A stretch of 64,000 nt of DNA from an uncultured virus (IMG/VR IMGVR_UViG_3300033064_004648) (IMGVR_UViG_3300033064_004648:1-64000); one strand, 5' to 3'; positions 38,965 through 48,533 are shown, numbered from the stretch's first letter. Program-made: numbers and translations. Notes: a model not told the origin generated them from the sequence alone.

Positions 38965-39345
38965 ATGCTTCCTGATCTTACAACATTATTACCAAAAACA
39001 ATTTCGGATCAAGAACTTTTAAAGTTATTTTTTACTTATCCTAGTACGATAGTTCCTAATTCAGGATCTATTATTTTTATACATGTTGCCGAAGGATATG
39101 ATATTAATAAGGAAGTTCAAAAGACAGAAAAAGAATTGGCAAGCATTGAGAAAAGATTGTTTAAATTATCAAATACGCTTAGCCAAAATAGTTTTTATAG
39201 CAATGCACCTGACGATGTTATAAATAAATTATGTTGGAAATTAATGGAATTAGAAAATGGTTATGATACAACAAATAGGAAATTGAATTATTTAAATTTA
39301 GCAATAATGAAATTTGGGAACAAAGTAAAATATGAAAACAATTAA
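38965..39345 (+). CDS. Protein with ValRS C-terminal coiled-coil-like (tRNA-binding arm) domain
   Basis: D..KE....EKEL......L....F...AP.DVI pattern. Confidence 0.6.
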   Translation: MLPDLTTLLPKTISDQELLKLFFTYPSTIVPNSGSIIFIHVAEGYDINKEVQKTEKELASIEKRLFKLSNTLSQNSFYSNAPDDVINKLCWKLMELENGYDTTNRKLNYLNLAIMKFGNKVKYENN

Positions 39346-39544
39346 GTTTATATATGATCTCAAACAAGAGGTACAAATAAAAAATCTTAATATAAAAGGT
39401 ATTGTTGTTGGATATTATTGTGGAGATACTGGCGTTCAATATCAGGTTGCATACTTTTTAAATGGAGATAGAACCGTAACTTATTTATATCCAGAAGAAA
39501 TATGTAAACTTAATGGGGAAGAAAAAGCAGGATTTTTGAAATGA
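39332..39544 (+). CDS. Hypothetical protein
   Basis: Operon-like overlap. Confidence 0.55.
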   Translation: MKTIKFIYDLKQEVQIKNLNIKGIVVGYYCGDTGVQYQVAYFLNGDRTVTYLYPEEICKLNGEEKAGFLK

Positions 39545-39768
39545 AAGATATTATGATAAGAAAGATGAATAAAGAAGAAGATTTAAGACCTATCGGGACT
39601 ATATTTGATATTGACATACCTCCCAATATTTGTTCGACAAGAATGAACAACGGGACTGTTATAACATATAAAGTTGTCGATCATATTGTCGTTTATCCTT
39701 ACGGCGAATATGGCCCAGCGAAATGGGTTGAAGAAATAAAAACAATAGAGATTGTTGAAACACAATAA
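39541..39768 (+). CDS. Hypothetical protein
   Basis: Ends ETQ* inside a site. Confidence 0.55.
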   Translation: MKDIMIRKMNKEEDLRPIGTIFDIDIPPNICSTRMNNGTVITYKVVDHIVVYPYGEYGPAKWVEEIKTIEIVETQ

Positions 39769-39795
39769 AATTGCTATTTTATGAGGCTTTAAAAA

Positions 39796-40512
39796 ATGAA
39801 AAATAATTTAGAAGGAAAGATTTTTGGTAGTTTGTTGGTAATTAGAAAGACTGATATACCGCCAAATTATAAAGCTAAAAGAAATTCATTTTGGTTGTGC
39901 AAATGTCAAAAGTGTGGAGAAGAAAAAATTAGGACAGGTAATAAATTAAGAAATATAAAAACATGTTCTTGTGAATATAAAGGTCTAAATTCAAAATATA
40001 AAAAATTTAATAAATACGATTTGTCAGGAAAATATGGAGTTGGATATACTCATGACAATCTTCGGTTTTACTTCGATTTAGAAGACTATGATAAAATAAA
40101 AAATTACTCTTGGACTTTATCTGGCAACGGCTATCATCTCTTTACAAATGACTATATTACTCGTAAAAGAATAATGTTGCATCGTTTAGTTTATGGTTTA
40201 ACAAACGGCCAGATAGGATTTATAAATAAAAATTGTTTAGATGTAAGAAAGGCAAATCTAAGAATCGGAAAACATAAGGAACATCTTAGAAATAGCAAAA
40301 TATATAAAAACAATAAAAGCGGAATTATCGGTGTTCATTGGTGCAATAGAGACGAGAAATGGATTGCCCAAATTATGGTCGATTATAAATCTATATATCT
40401 TGGTGGCTATGAAAATTTTGAAGAAGCGGTAAAAATCAGGCTTGAGGGAGAAAAAAAATATTTTGGCAAATTTGCACCTCAGCGACATCTATATAAAAAA
40501 TATGGAATATAA
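39796..40512 (+). CDS. HNH/AP2 endonuclease (HNH possibly degenerate)
   Basis: FDLEDY, LHRL, LD.RK.NLR, N.SG..GV.W AP2 tail; bracketed by sites. Confidence 0.8.
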   Translation: MKNNLEGKIFGSLLVIRKTDIPPNYKAKRNSFWLCKCQKCGEEKIRTGNKLRNIKTCSCEYKGLNSKYKKFNKYDLSGKYGVGYTHDNLRFYFDLEDYDKIKNYSWTLSGNGYHLFTNDYITRKRIMLHRLVYGLTNGQIGFINKNCLDVRKANLRIGKHKEHLRNSKIYKNNKSGIIGVHWCNRDEKWIAQIMVDYKSIYLGGYENFEEAVKIRLEGEKKYFGKFAPQRHLYKKYGI

Positions 40513-40543
40513 TAAAATCCGCCTTTTATTATAGGAGAAAATA

Positions 40544-40891
40544 ATGAAAATGTCAAAAGAAGAAATTTTAAAAATGCCTGCAGGCAGAGAGATGGATGCA
40601 TTGGTGGCTGAACATATATTTAAAACACCATTTCAAAAACCTGGTCATGGCCCATGTTGTACTTGTCAAACTTGTGGTTGGAGTTTTGACGACTGTCAAT
40701 GTGGTTATAGTGAAAGTCGCGATATGGCATGGGAAATACTAGAAAAATTTGCATATTATGAACTTAAAAAACTATTTTTAAGATATAATGTTTATATTGA
40801 AAATAATGATAATATTAGAAGTGGACATTCGCAAGAAAATACGGCACCTCTTGCTATCTGCAAAGCGGCGCTACTTGCACAAATACAATAA
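40544..40891 (+). CDS. Phage ABA-sandwich domain protein
   Basis: M.AGRE.DALVAE..YS....AW...EK..TAPLAICKAAL. Confidence 0.7.
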   Translation: MKMSKEEILKMPAGREMDALVAEHIFKTPFQKPGHGPCCTCQTCGWSFDDCQCGYSESRDMAWEILEKFAYYELKKLFLRYNVYIENNDNIRSGHSQENTAPLAICKAALLAQIQ

Positions 40892-40922
40892 AATCCACAT
40901 TTTATCGTAAAGGGAGAAGCAA

Positions 40923-41606
40923 ATGAAGTCTCACAAATATGGGGTTTACAAAATATTAAACTTATCTGACCGAAAAAGATATTACGGTGGCGGAATTTTA
41001 AAGGCACGAAAGCTATATCATTTTAATCTATTGAGAATTAATAAACATGATAACTCTAATCTTCAAAAAGCATATAATTTAAGCGAAGAAGAAAACTTTA
41101 AATTTATTGTTCTATTATATTGTGAGCCTTTTGAATTAACTCGCTATGAGCAATTTTTCGTAGATAAATATAAAAAATCTAAATTACTATATAATATTTG
41201 TATAGATAATGTTGAAAATAAATCTGGTGTTAAAACATCCCAAAAAACAAAAGAAAAAATATCTAAAACATCGAAGGGCAGAATCTTTTCTCCTGAGACT
41301 AGAAAAAAGATTTCAGAAGCGGTAAAAGGTAAAAACAGTCCTATGTATGGAAGGTTTGGAAAGAATCATCCTAGGTATGGAAAACCTCATACTTTAGAGA
41401 CGATTAAAAAATTATCGGGCATAAATCATTATAATATCACAAAGAAGAATGTCATATTGGATATAGCCAAAATGTTAAAAGAAGGCTGTTCCGTAAAAAA
41501 TATTACAACCACATTAAATGTTGGCAGAAAGGTTGTCTATGGCGTTAAGAATGGATTTTATAATAATATATATGATTTAAAAAATACCGACTATTTAAAA
41601 AAATAA
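40923..41606 (+). CDS. GIY-YIG homing endonuclease (NUMOD3)
   Basis: GVYKI.N...K.YYG; H.NS.LQKAY; PMYG; KNGFY..IYDL. Confidence 0.85.
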   Translation: MKSHKYGVYKILNLSDRKRYYGGGILKARKLYHFNLLRINKHDNSNLQKAYNLSEEENFKFIVLLYCEPFELTRYEQFFVDKYKKSKLLYNICIDNVENKSGVKTSQKTKEKISKTSKGRIFSPETRKKISEAVKGKNSPMYGRFGKNHPRYGKPHTLETIKKLSGINHYNITKKNVILDIAKMLKEGCSVKNITTTLNVGRKVVYGVKNGFYNNIYDLKNTDYLKK

Positions 41607-41668
41607 AAATAATATTGTAATGACAGAAAAATCAAGAGCATTGTTAGAAAAAATATTAAAGGAGTTAA

Positions 41669-42031
41669 ATGAAAAAAGTATTTGAGGTTTCAATAAGTTT
41701 TACAATTGATCTTATAAAAAATAAGTTATTTCACACAAAAACATTTAGTTGGGATTTTGATATTCCTCTCAAACATTATTTATATACCAATGATGAAAAA
41801 TCTGCTAAACGAATCTTAGAACTTAATGAACTATGGAGAGACGATCATCTAGTTCGTTTACTACAAACCGAATATGATTTTGAAGGAATGGAGTATACAA
41901 TTTTGAACAAAAAATCTAGCGCTGACGAAATAAAAGGAGCAAGTTTATTACATCTAATGGGGCAAATGCGAGCAGAAGATTTCTTTGAATATTGTTCTAA
42001 TTTTATGCCCTTGACAAATACGGAAAAGTAA
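41669..42031 (+). CDS. Hypothetical protein
   Basis: AAGGAG RBS. Confidence 0.6.
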   Translation: MKKVFEVSISFTIDLIKNKLFHTKTFSWDFDIPLKHYLYTNDEKSAKRILELNELWRDDHLVRLLQTEYDFEGMEYTILNKKSSADEIKGASLLHLMGQMRAEDFFEYCSNFMPLTNTEK

Positions 42032-42039
42032 GGTATGAT
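42011..42039 (+). promoter_or_regulatory. sigma70-type promoter of the rtcB operon
   Basis: TTGACA-17-TATGAT. Confidence 0.65.
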
Positions 42040-42066
42040 ATATAGAGAAGATTTTATGGAGAAATA

Positions 42067-44133
42067 ATGAAAGTAATATCGTCAGAAAGAATGCCAATTA
42101 AAATGTGGCTTGAAAATATTGAGGATGGCGCATTGTCACAAGCAAAAGACATTGCCAATTTGCCATTTGTTTTTAAGCACATTGCTATCATGCCCGATAG
42201 TCATCAGGGCTATGGAATGCCTATTGGTGGCGTAATGGCTACAAAAGGCGTAATCGTACCTAATGCCGTTGGGGTTGATATTGGCTGTCTTGATAAAAAT
42301 ACAGAGTTTCTTACGCAAAGTGGCTGGCAAAAAATTAGTGATTATCAAAAGGGCGACAATATTTTACAATACAATAAAGAGACAAATATAGCTTCTTACG
42401 TAAGTCCTATCGCATATATTGTAAAACCTTGTGATACGTTTTTTCATTTTAAGAATAGCAAGGGTTTAGATCAGATGGTAAGCGAAGAACACAAAATGTT
42501 GATTTGGAAGGGATATAAGACAAGAGGTTATAATTTAGAAGATATTGGTCCAATAGAATTATCTAGTAAAGGAAAATCTCTTTCCAAAGGATTTTATGGT
42601 TTTAAAGCGTCTTTTAATTTGGCTAATGGATTTGGTGTTGATATGACGAACGATGAAATAAGACTAGATATAATGATAACCGCAGATGGATGTATAAAAC
42701 ATTCAAAAGAAAATACCCATCAGATTTATTTGCACTTTAAAAAAGTTCGAAAAATAAAAAGAGCAAAAGAATTATTGACAAGAAACAATATTTTTTATAA
42801 AGAAACCGCAGGCAAAGATGGATCAACACACATGTATTTTTTTGTTGATAAAAAATATTCAAAAAATTTGTCAAAATATTGGTTGGCAAATAGAAGCCAA
42901 CTAAAAGTCATATCTGAAGAATGTCTGTTGTGGGACGGACATGTTGGATATCGTCCTTATTTTTCATCCACCGACAAAGAAAGTGCTGATTTAATTCAGT
43001 TTGCATTTTCTTCTGTTGATATAAGAGCAGGTATATGTACGGTAAATTCAAAAAATCCTGCTCATAAAACTATATATTTTGTTACTCCGACAAGAAACAA
43101 TATAGTTGGAATAAATGTTGCTCCAACCATAGTAAAGTCTAAAGATAAAAAAAAGTATTGCTTTACTGTTCCAAGCGGTTATTTTGTTGCAAGACGGAAT
43201 GGAAAGATTTTTATAACAGGAAATTGTGGTATGATGGCAGTAAGAACAAGTCTAACCGATATTTCGACCGATCGAATAAAACAAATTATGGGCGAAATAC
43301 GCAAAGTTATTCCAGTTGGTTTTAAACATAATAAAACCGCTCAGTCTTGGGAAGGATTTAGTCGTGCGCCCGATATTTCCATAATTCAAAACCAATTAAC
43401 CTCCGCAAGAAAGCAATTAGGCACACTCGGCTCGGGCAACCATTTTGTAGAAATACAAAAAGGTGATGACGGACACATATGGATAATGCTTCACTCCGGT
43501 AGCCGAAATTTTGGTCTAAAGGTAGCCTCTGAATATCATAAAAAAGCTAAGTTTCTATGTGAAAAATGGTATTCTAGTGTTCCAAAGGATCTTGCCTTTC
43601 TTCCAATAGAAAGCCCTGAAGGAAAAGAATATTACGAAGCCATGAACTATGCTTTAGAATTTGCACAAGCAAGCAGAGATTTGATCATGGAAAAAATTCT
43701 TGACAATATTGAAACAAATGTATTGGAGACAGTCAATATCCATCATAATTTTGCAGCGTTCGAACACCATTTTGGTAAAGATGTTTTGGTCCACCGGAAA
43801 GGCGCAACAAGAGCCTATAAAGGCGAGATAGGCATTATTCCTGGCTCAATGGGAACAAGTAGTTACATTGTTGAAGGACTAGGAAATCCCGACAGTTTTA
43901 TGTCCTGTTCTCATGGTGCAGGTAGGCGTATGGGGCGCGGTCAAGCAAAAAGAACATTGTCCCTAGTAGAAGAACAAGAGAAAATGGAAGGCGTTGTTCA
44001 CGGCTTGCGGACGTCCGATGATTTAGATGAAGCACCAGGCGCATACAAAGATATTGATGTAGTCATGGAAGATCAAAAAGACCTTGTAAAAATATTGGTA
44101 AAACTAACTCCATTAGCAAGTATAAAAGGATAA
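42067..44133 (+). CDS. rtcB: RtcB RNA ligase containing an intein
   Basis: MPD.H.GYG.PIG, GVDIG|CG, GTLGSGNHF.E, HSGSR, HHN, HRKGA, SHGAGR, EAP.AYK. Confidence 0.95.
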   Translation: MKVISSERMPIKMWLENIEDGALSQAKDIANLPFVFKHIAIMPDSHQGYGMPIGGVMATKGVIVPNAVGVDIGCLDKNTEFLTQSGWQKISDYQKGDNILQYNKETNIASYVSPIAYIVKPCDTFFHFKNSKGLDQMVSEEHKMLIWKGYKTRGYNLEDIGPIELSSKGKSLSKGFYGFKASFNLANGFGVDMTNDEIRLDIMITADGCIKHSKENTHQIYLHFKKVRKIKRAKELLTRNNIFYKETAGKDGSTHMYFFVDKKYSKNLSKYWLANRSQLKVISEECLLWDGHVGYRPYFSSTDKESADLIQFAFSSVDIRAGICTVNSKNPAHKTIYFVTPTRNNIVGINVAPTIVKSKDKKKYCFTVPSGYFVARRNGKIFITGNCGMMAVRTSLTDISTDRIKQIMGEIRKVIPVGFKHNKTAQSWEGFSRAPDISIIQNQLTSARKQLGTLGSGNHFVEIQKGDDGHIWIMLHSGSRNFGLKVASEYHKKAKFLCEKWYSSVPKDLAFLPIESPEGKEYYEAMNYALEFAQASRDLIMEKILDNIETNVLETVNIHHNFAAFEHHFGKDVLVHRKGATRAYKGEIGIIPGSMGTSSYIVEGLGNPDSFMSCSHGAGRRMGRGQAKRTLSLVEEQEKMEGVVHGLRTSDDLDEAPGAYKDIDVVMEDQKDLVKILVKLTPLASIKG
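42286..43224 (+). mobile_element. Intein (313 aa) with LAGLIDADG-like endonuclease region
   Basis: Starts CLDKNTEFLT..GW; ends YCFTVPSG.FVARRNG.IFITGN followed by extein Cys. Confidence 0.9.
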
Positions 44134-44134
44134 A

Positions 44135-44602
44135 ATGAATAATACTTGGTTTACATCAGATCAACATTTTGGACACAAGAATATTATCAAGCTCTGTGGA
44201 CGTCCATTTTCTTCTGTTGAAGAAATGGATTCCTTCATTATATCTTATTGGAATGATTGCATATCCAACAAAGATACAATCTATGTGCTCGGTGATTTTG
44301 CATGGAAGAATCCAAAACCTTATATTGAACGATTGAGAGGAAATAAAATATTTATTATTGGTGGACATGATAAGAAACTAAAAGGCGATAATTTGGTGGA
44401 AGTTAAAATAAATGATGTATGGTTTGTCCTATGTCATTACCCTTTATATAGCTGGAATAAGGAACACTATGGCTCAATTCATCTACACGGACATATACAT
44501 AATAATCATATAGAGCCAAAACGTAATAGAATAAATGTTAGCGTTGATGTCTGGGGTTTCGCACCAGTACCTTTTGAACAAATAATGGCAATTAAAGGAT
44601 AA
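44135..44602 (+). CDS. Calcineurin-like metallophosphoesterase
   Basis: FTSD.HFGH, LGDF, G.HD, CHYP, HGH.H, NV.VD. Confidence 0.9.
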   Translation: MNNTWFTSDQHFGHKNIIKLCGRPFSSVEEMDSFIISYWNDCISNKDTIYVLGDFAWKNPKPYIERLRGNKIFIIGGHDKKLKGDNLVEVKINDVWFVLCHYPLYSWNKEHYGSIHLHGHIHNNHIEPKRNRINVSVDVWGFAPVPFEQIMAIKG

Positions 44603-44608
44603 TTAAAA

Positions 44609-44968
44609 ATGTCAAATCTCATAGTTGAAATATGCAAAATTGAATCTATCGAAAAGCATCCCAATGCCGATAGGCTCTCTATAATAAAAGTAAAAGACTG
44701 GCATTGTATTGTCGGATTAGATAACAGGGAAATAAATATTAGAGAAGCATCAAATGAAGAAAATATAAAGAATAGAAAATCTAAAAATTCAAATAACACA
44801 TCTGGTTATCGCAATGTTAGTCTAATCGATGGGTTCTATCGAATTCAGATTCAAATTGATGGGAAAAATCATAGATTTTCAGAAAAATTTGATGACGTGG
44901 ATAAAGCGGGATTATTCGCAAAGAAAATGAGAGAAAAATATTATGGCGAATTCTCTGGTGAAAATTAA
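44609..44968 (+). pseudogene. Chimera: N-terminus of a DRB0094-type RNA ligase fused to an HNH/AP2 C-terminus
   Basis: HPNADRL..W.CIVG joined to LDNR.N.R..NN.SGYRNV..RE.YYGEF. Confidence 0.7.
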
Positions 44969-45162
44969 TATAATAATACCGTTTTTATGCGGAGGAATAT
45001 AAAAATGAAAGATGAATATAGAAAAAAAGATAAATATAGAAAACTTAGTAATTATCTACAAAAAAGATTTGATAAAATATCTAATGGAAAAGTAAATAGG
45101 TTCAAGTTTTATCAATTAGTATTCTTAGATATGATTCTTGATAAAATTGAAGGGAATAAATA

Positions 45163-45375
45163 GTGAAAGAATATACAGAAACAACTGAATATTGGACAGT
45201 AGAAAGTAAATATATCGATCCCGTAGAGCCTTTTTATTGGGGCACAACTGGCGACATTTATAATAAAGAAATCGCCAATTCCACTTATAATGAATTAAAA
45301 AGTAAATATGCAATTACTCGACTGATTCATCATATAACAAACAGCAAAATTATAAGAGAACATATTAATGAATAA
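45163..45375 (+). CDS. Hypothetical protein
   Basis: AAGGGA RBS, GTG start. Confidence 0.5.
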   Translation: MKEYTETTEYWTVESKYIDPVEPFYWGTTGDIYNKEIANSTYNELKSKYAITRLIHHITNSKIIREHINE

Positions 45376-45534
45376 ATATTACTATCACATGATTATTGAA
45401 TTAATATTATATTATGGAATTGGATTACAACCACATGATGTAATAGATAAATACATTGAAGAATACATGAAGGAAATGAATTTAGATGGCAAATCCCTTG
45501 TAAAAGAAAAGAATAGATTGCAGAAGGAAATAAA

Positions 45535-45732
45535 ATGAAACAAAATATGAAAAAAGACAGAGAGTTAGACAGAATAGATAAATCAATCTTAATGGTGTTA
45601 TATAAGAATGACCCTATAGGAATGACGAAAGAGGAAATTACAGAATCAATTGATGCAGAAGGCTTATTGTTTATGTCAGATGAAGCGTTTGAGAAATATC
45701 GTACAGATTTAATTGCTTGGAAAAAAGCATAG
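45535..45732 (+). CDS. Hypothetical protein
   Basis: AAGGA RBS. Confidence 0.55.
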   Translation: MKQNMKKDRELDRIDKSILMVLYKNDPIGMTKEEITESIDAEGLLFMSDEAFEKYRTDLIAWKKA

Positions 45733-45786
45733 ACATAACTATACCAAATAAAACTGTTAGTTTATGTGGTTTAGAAAAGAGAGAAT

Positions 45787-45990
45787 ATGAAGCAAATTGA
45801 TCCAGTTTTAAATTTAGGATGTAATATATGGAAGACAGAGAAATGTTTTTGTTGCGGTGGAGAGTATGAAAACCCATGTTGGTATATTTTTGAAGATATA
45901 GGAAACAAAACATTCCAAGTTCCTATTTGCAATAAATGCTCTAATGAAAGAGATAAAAACTTTTCTGGATTAAAAGAAACAGCCATATAA
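45787..45990 (+). CDS. Zn-finger hypothetical protein
   Basis: CFCCG ... ICNKC; between two sites. Confidence 0.55.
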   Translation: MKQIDPVLNLGCNIWKTEKCFCCGGEYENPCWYIFEDIGNKTFQVPICNKCSNERDKNFSGLKETAI

Positions 45991-46020
45991 TAAAAACACT
46001 ATTTTGTCATAAGGAGAAAG

Positions 46021-46290
46021 ATGGGAACTTTTGATAGTTATGGAGATAAAGGAATACAAATAAAAGCAGGAGAATGCATGATGTGCCATTATGAAGTAGG
46101 TGATGTTTGCGATTTAAAAGACGGCATTTATTTAGGCTACAATGGGGCAATAGTTGTTCTTGATGGAAAATTTATCGCTGAATTTCCTCATATTTTTACA
46201 AAATATGGAAGCATAATAGATAACCATGACATTATAGATCAATATAATCCAGTTGTTCAGGTTATGAATGATTTAAATAAAAAAGAATAA
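46021..46290 (+). CDS. Hypothetical protein
   Basis: AAGGAG RBS; between two similar sites. Confidence 0.65.
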   Translation: MGTFDSYGDKGIQIKAGECMMCHYEVGDVCDLKDGIYLGYNGAIVVLDGKFIAEFPHIFTKYGSIIDNHDIIDQYNPVVQVMNDLNKKE

Positions 46291-46305
46291 AAGTACTATT
46301 TTGCC

Positions 46306-46851
46306 ATGAAAAATAAATATATAATCAAAAATAATATTGTAAAAATATTCTTGCCTCGTCGAAATAATAAGGCAAGTATAGAAACATTAATTGACACAGA
46401 AGATTTTGATAAAGTCAACAAGTACACCGGAACTTTTGTTTCTGGATATAACAGGCAAAAGGAAGAGGTCTATGCCCAGATATGTCTATATTTAGGAATG
46501 ATTGATGGAAGTCCTAAATATAAAGTTTTAAGGCTACATAGAATTATAATGGATTGTAATAATCGTAGTCTTCATGTAGATCATAAGAATAGAGATTCTT
46601 TAGACAATAGAAAATCAAATTTACGTATTGTTAGCAATGCAGACAATTTAAAAAACAGAGAATCAAAAAATTCAAACAATAAAACGGGTTATCGCAATGT
46701 TTGTTTTTATAAGGGGTTATATCTTGTTCAACTACAAGTTGGCGGAAAAAATAAGTTGCTTGGAAGATTTAAGAATGTGAATAAAGCAAATATATTTGCT
46801 AAAGAAATGCGTAAAAAATATTACAAAGAATTTAAAGGAAAAACAACATAG
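46306..46851 (+). CDS. HNH/AP2 endonuclease
   Basis: LHR.IM, VDH.NR..LDNRKSNLR, NN.TGYRNV. Confidence 0.85.
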   Translation: MKNKYIIKNNIVKIFLPRRNNKASIETLIDTEDFDKVNKYTGTFVSGYNRQKEEVYAQICLYLGMIDGSPKYKVLRLHRIIMDCNNRSLHVDHKNRDSLDNRKSNLRIVSNADNLKNRESKNSNNKTGYRNVCFYKGLYLVQLQVGGKNKLLGRFKNVNKANIFAKEMRKKYYKEFKGKTT

Positions 46852-47072
46852 AATCATCACTTTATTATAAAAGGAGCGATATGATAAAACAAGCGACGGT
46901 ATATTTTAAAAATGGGCTTAAAGATTGGGTTGATCCTTATGAAAATTATTATATAGAAAAAAATAAAATATTTATAGAATCTTTTTATACATACGATGTT
47001 GAAGTCAATGAAATACAAGAATCGGGCGATGGAGAAATTATATGGGAGAATAAAAAATAATAAATTTTATCC

Positions 47073-47101
47073 TTGACAAAAATAAAATTGTGTGATATGA
47101 T
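47073..47101 (+). promoter_or_regulatory. sigma70-type promoter
   Basis: TTGACA-17-TATGAT with TG. Confidence 0.75.
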
Positions 47102-47127
47102 ATATAGTTGATAGAACGAGGAGACAA

Positions 47128-47487
47128 ATGAATAAATCAGAGTTAGCTACAAAAATGATAGAGTGGGAATCAAAGAAAAAAGAAGTTGACCAACTAGAAG
47201 CGGAGATTAAACAAGCGGTTATGCTGTTAGAAGAGTCTTTTAATGTTGGAGATATTAGCGCAGGGTTTAGGGCAGGAAATAGAAAGTTTGACTATGAATC
47301 GGCTGGATCACAAGCTACACCCGAAATTATAAAATCGAATACGGTACAAACAACTAGCACTAATTGGAAAAAGGTTTGTTCTGATGCCAATATTGAAAAT
47401 ATTCCTTTTACGACAGGAAACCCTTCTATAACATTGAAAATCAAAAAATCTAAAAAAACAGCTAACGAAGAATCGTTGCCATTCTAA
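47128..47487 (+). CDS. Hypothetical protein ending EESLPF
   Basis: GAGGAG RBS; coiled N-terminus. Confidence 0.7.
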   Translation: MNKSELATKMIEWESKKKEVDQLEAEIKQAVMLLEESFNVGDISAGFRAGNRKFDYESAGSQATPEIIKSNTVQTTSTNWKKVCSDANIENIPFTTGNPSITLKIKKSKKTANEESLPF

Positions 47488-47499
47488 AAGGAGAACAAA

Positions 47500-47697
47500 T
47501 TGAAATTTACTAGTAATTGGATTAAGAGTGCTTATTGGAAAATGATTGACGATAAGAAAATATATTTTGTCGGTCGAGATAAAATAGGGGTTGAATATGA
47601 ACTTGTAAGTGCATTGGTTATGAGCGGATTAACAAGTAGCAGTAATGCGCGTAAACTTATAGCAAAAATAAAAGAGGGGGAAGACGAAAATAATTAA
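47500..47697 (+). CDS. Hypothetical protein
   Basis: AAGGAG RBS. Confidence 0.55.
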   Translation: MKFTSNWIKSAYWKMIDDKKIYFVGRDKIGVEYELVSALVMSGLTSSSNARKLIAKIKEGEDENN

Positions 47698-47703
47698 TTA
47701 GTC

Positions 47704-47732
47704 TTGACAAAAATAAAATTGTATGGTATAAT
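47704..47732 (+). promoter_or_regulatory. sigma70-type promoter
   Basis: TTGACA-17-TATAAT with TG. Confidence 0.85.
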
Positions 47733-47768
47733 CTAAATTAGAATTCAGAAGGAAAAGGAAAAGGAAAA

Positions 47769-48533
47769 ATGGAAAAAGGCTTTGTACATTATAAACGTCC
47801 TACTCTTATACCAGAACTATACAACTATGTTTGGTATAACGCAATGATAGGAAAATCAAATGTTTTAAATGAAAGTGACTATAATTCACTTCCGGTTTGG
47901 AAGCGTGGATTAATTCATACCCCGTCTTTAAAAGAAGGGGCAACAATTCAAGAAAATGGTTCATTCTTTAAAGAACTGCTTGATCAACTTACCGTCTCAG
48001 CAGTAAATCAAGGAGCACCTGTTTTAATTGATATGTTTGCAGGCGATGTTGCTTATAGGATTAACGGACAACTAGGACTGGTTTTTGAATATGTGGGGTA
48101 TATAAAAGATCATTGGGTTGGACTAACAAAAAAACCGCTATTGCGTCTAAACCAAGGACAATGGGATGCTTATTGCAACGACAACCTAAAGTTAACACAA
48201 GGGTTATTAGATGTAGTGGATGTCCTTGTTGTAGCTCCAAACTCACCCCGTCCTCCTGTTTGGCTACATCTTTCAAATGTGACGTGGCTTGAGTATTATT
48301 TAGGAATAGTCGCTCACGACGAAAGTGGTCTGTGGAATGAGTCTCCATTAAACCCAGATGTCCCACCTGACGACCCACCAACGAACGACGACCCACCAAC
48401 GAACGACGACCCACCAACGAACGACGACTCACCAACAGTCGTTAGTATGGTTTTTCCAACAAGAACAACTATCAAAGGAAAAGTAGGTTGGAAAAATGTG
48501 AACCTTGAAGTAGAAAATTTCTTCGATGAATAG
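47769..48533 (+). CDS. Hypothetical protein with Pro/Asp linker repeat
   Basis: 254-aa ORF; DDPPTN repeats. Confidence 0.7.
   Translation: MEKGFVHYKRPTLIPELYNYVWYNAMIGKSNVLNESDYNSLPVWKRGLIHTPSLKEGATIQENGSFFKELLDQLTVSAVNQGAPVLIDMFAGDVAYRINGQLGLVFEYVGYIKDHWVGLTKKPLLRLNQGQWDAYCNDNLKLTQGLLDVVDVLVVAPNSPRPPVWLHLSNVTWLEYYLGIVAHDESGLWNESPLNPDVPPDDPPTNDDPPTNDDPPTNDDSPTVVSMVFPTRTTIKGKVGWKNVNLEVENFFDE
48369..48436 (+). repeat. 18-bp coding tandem repeat (GACGACCCACCAACGAAC x3 plus partial)
   Basis: Read directly. Confidence 0.9.

Noticed and set aside
48369..48436. 18-bp tandem repeat as origin iterons or mini-array
   Set aside because: In-frame coding repeat producing a Pro/Asp linker
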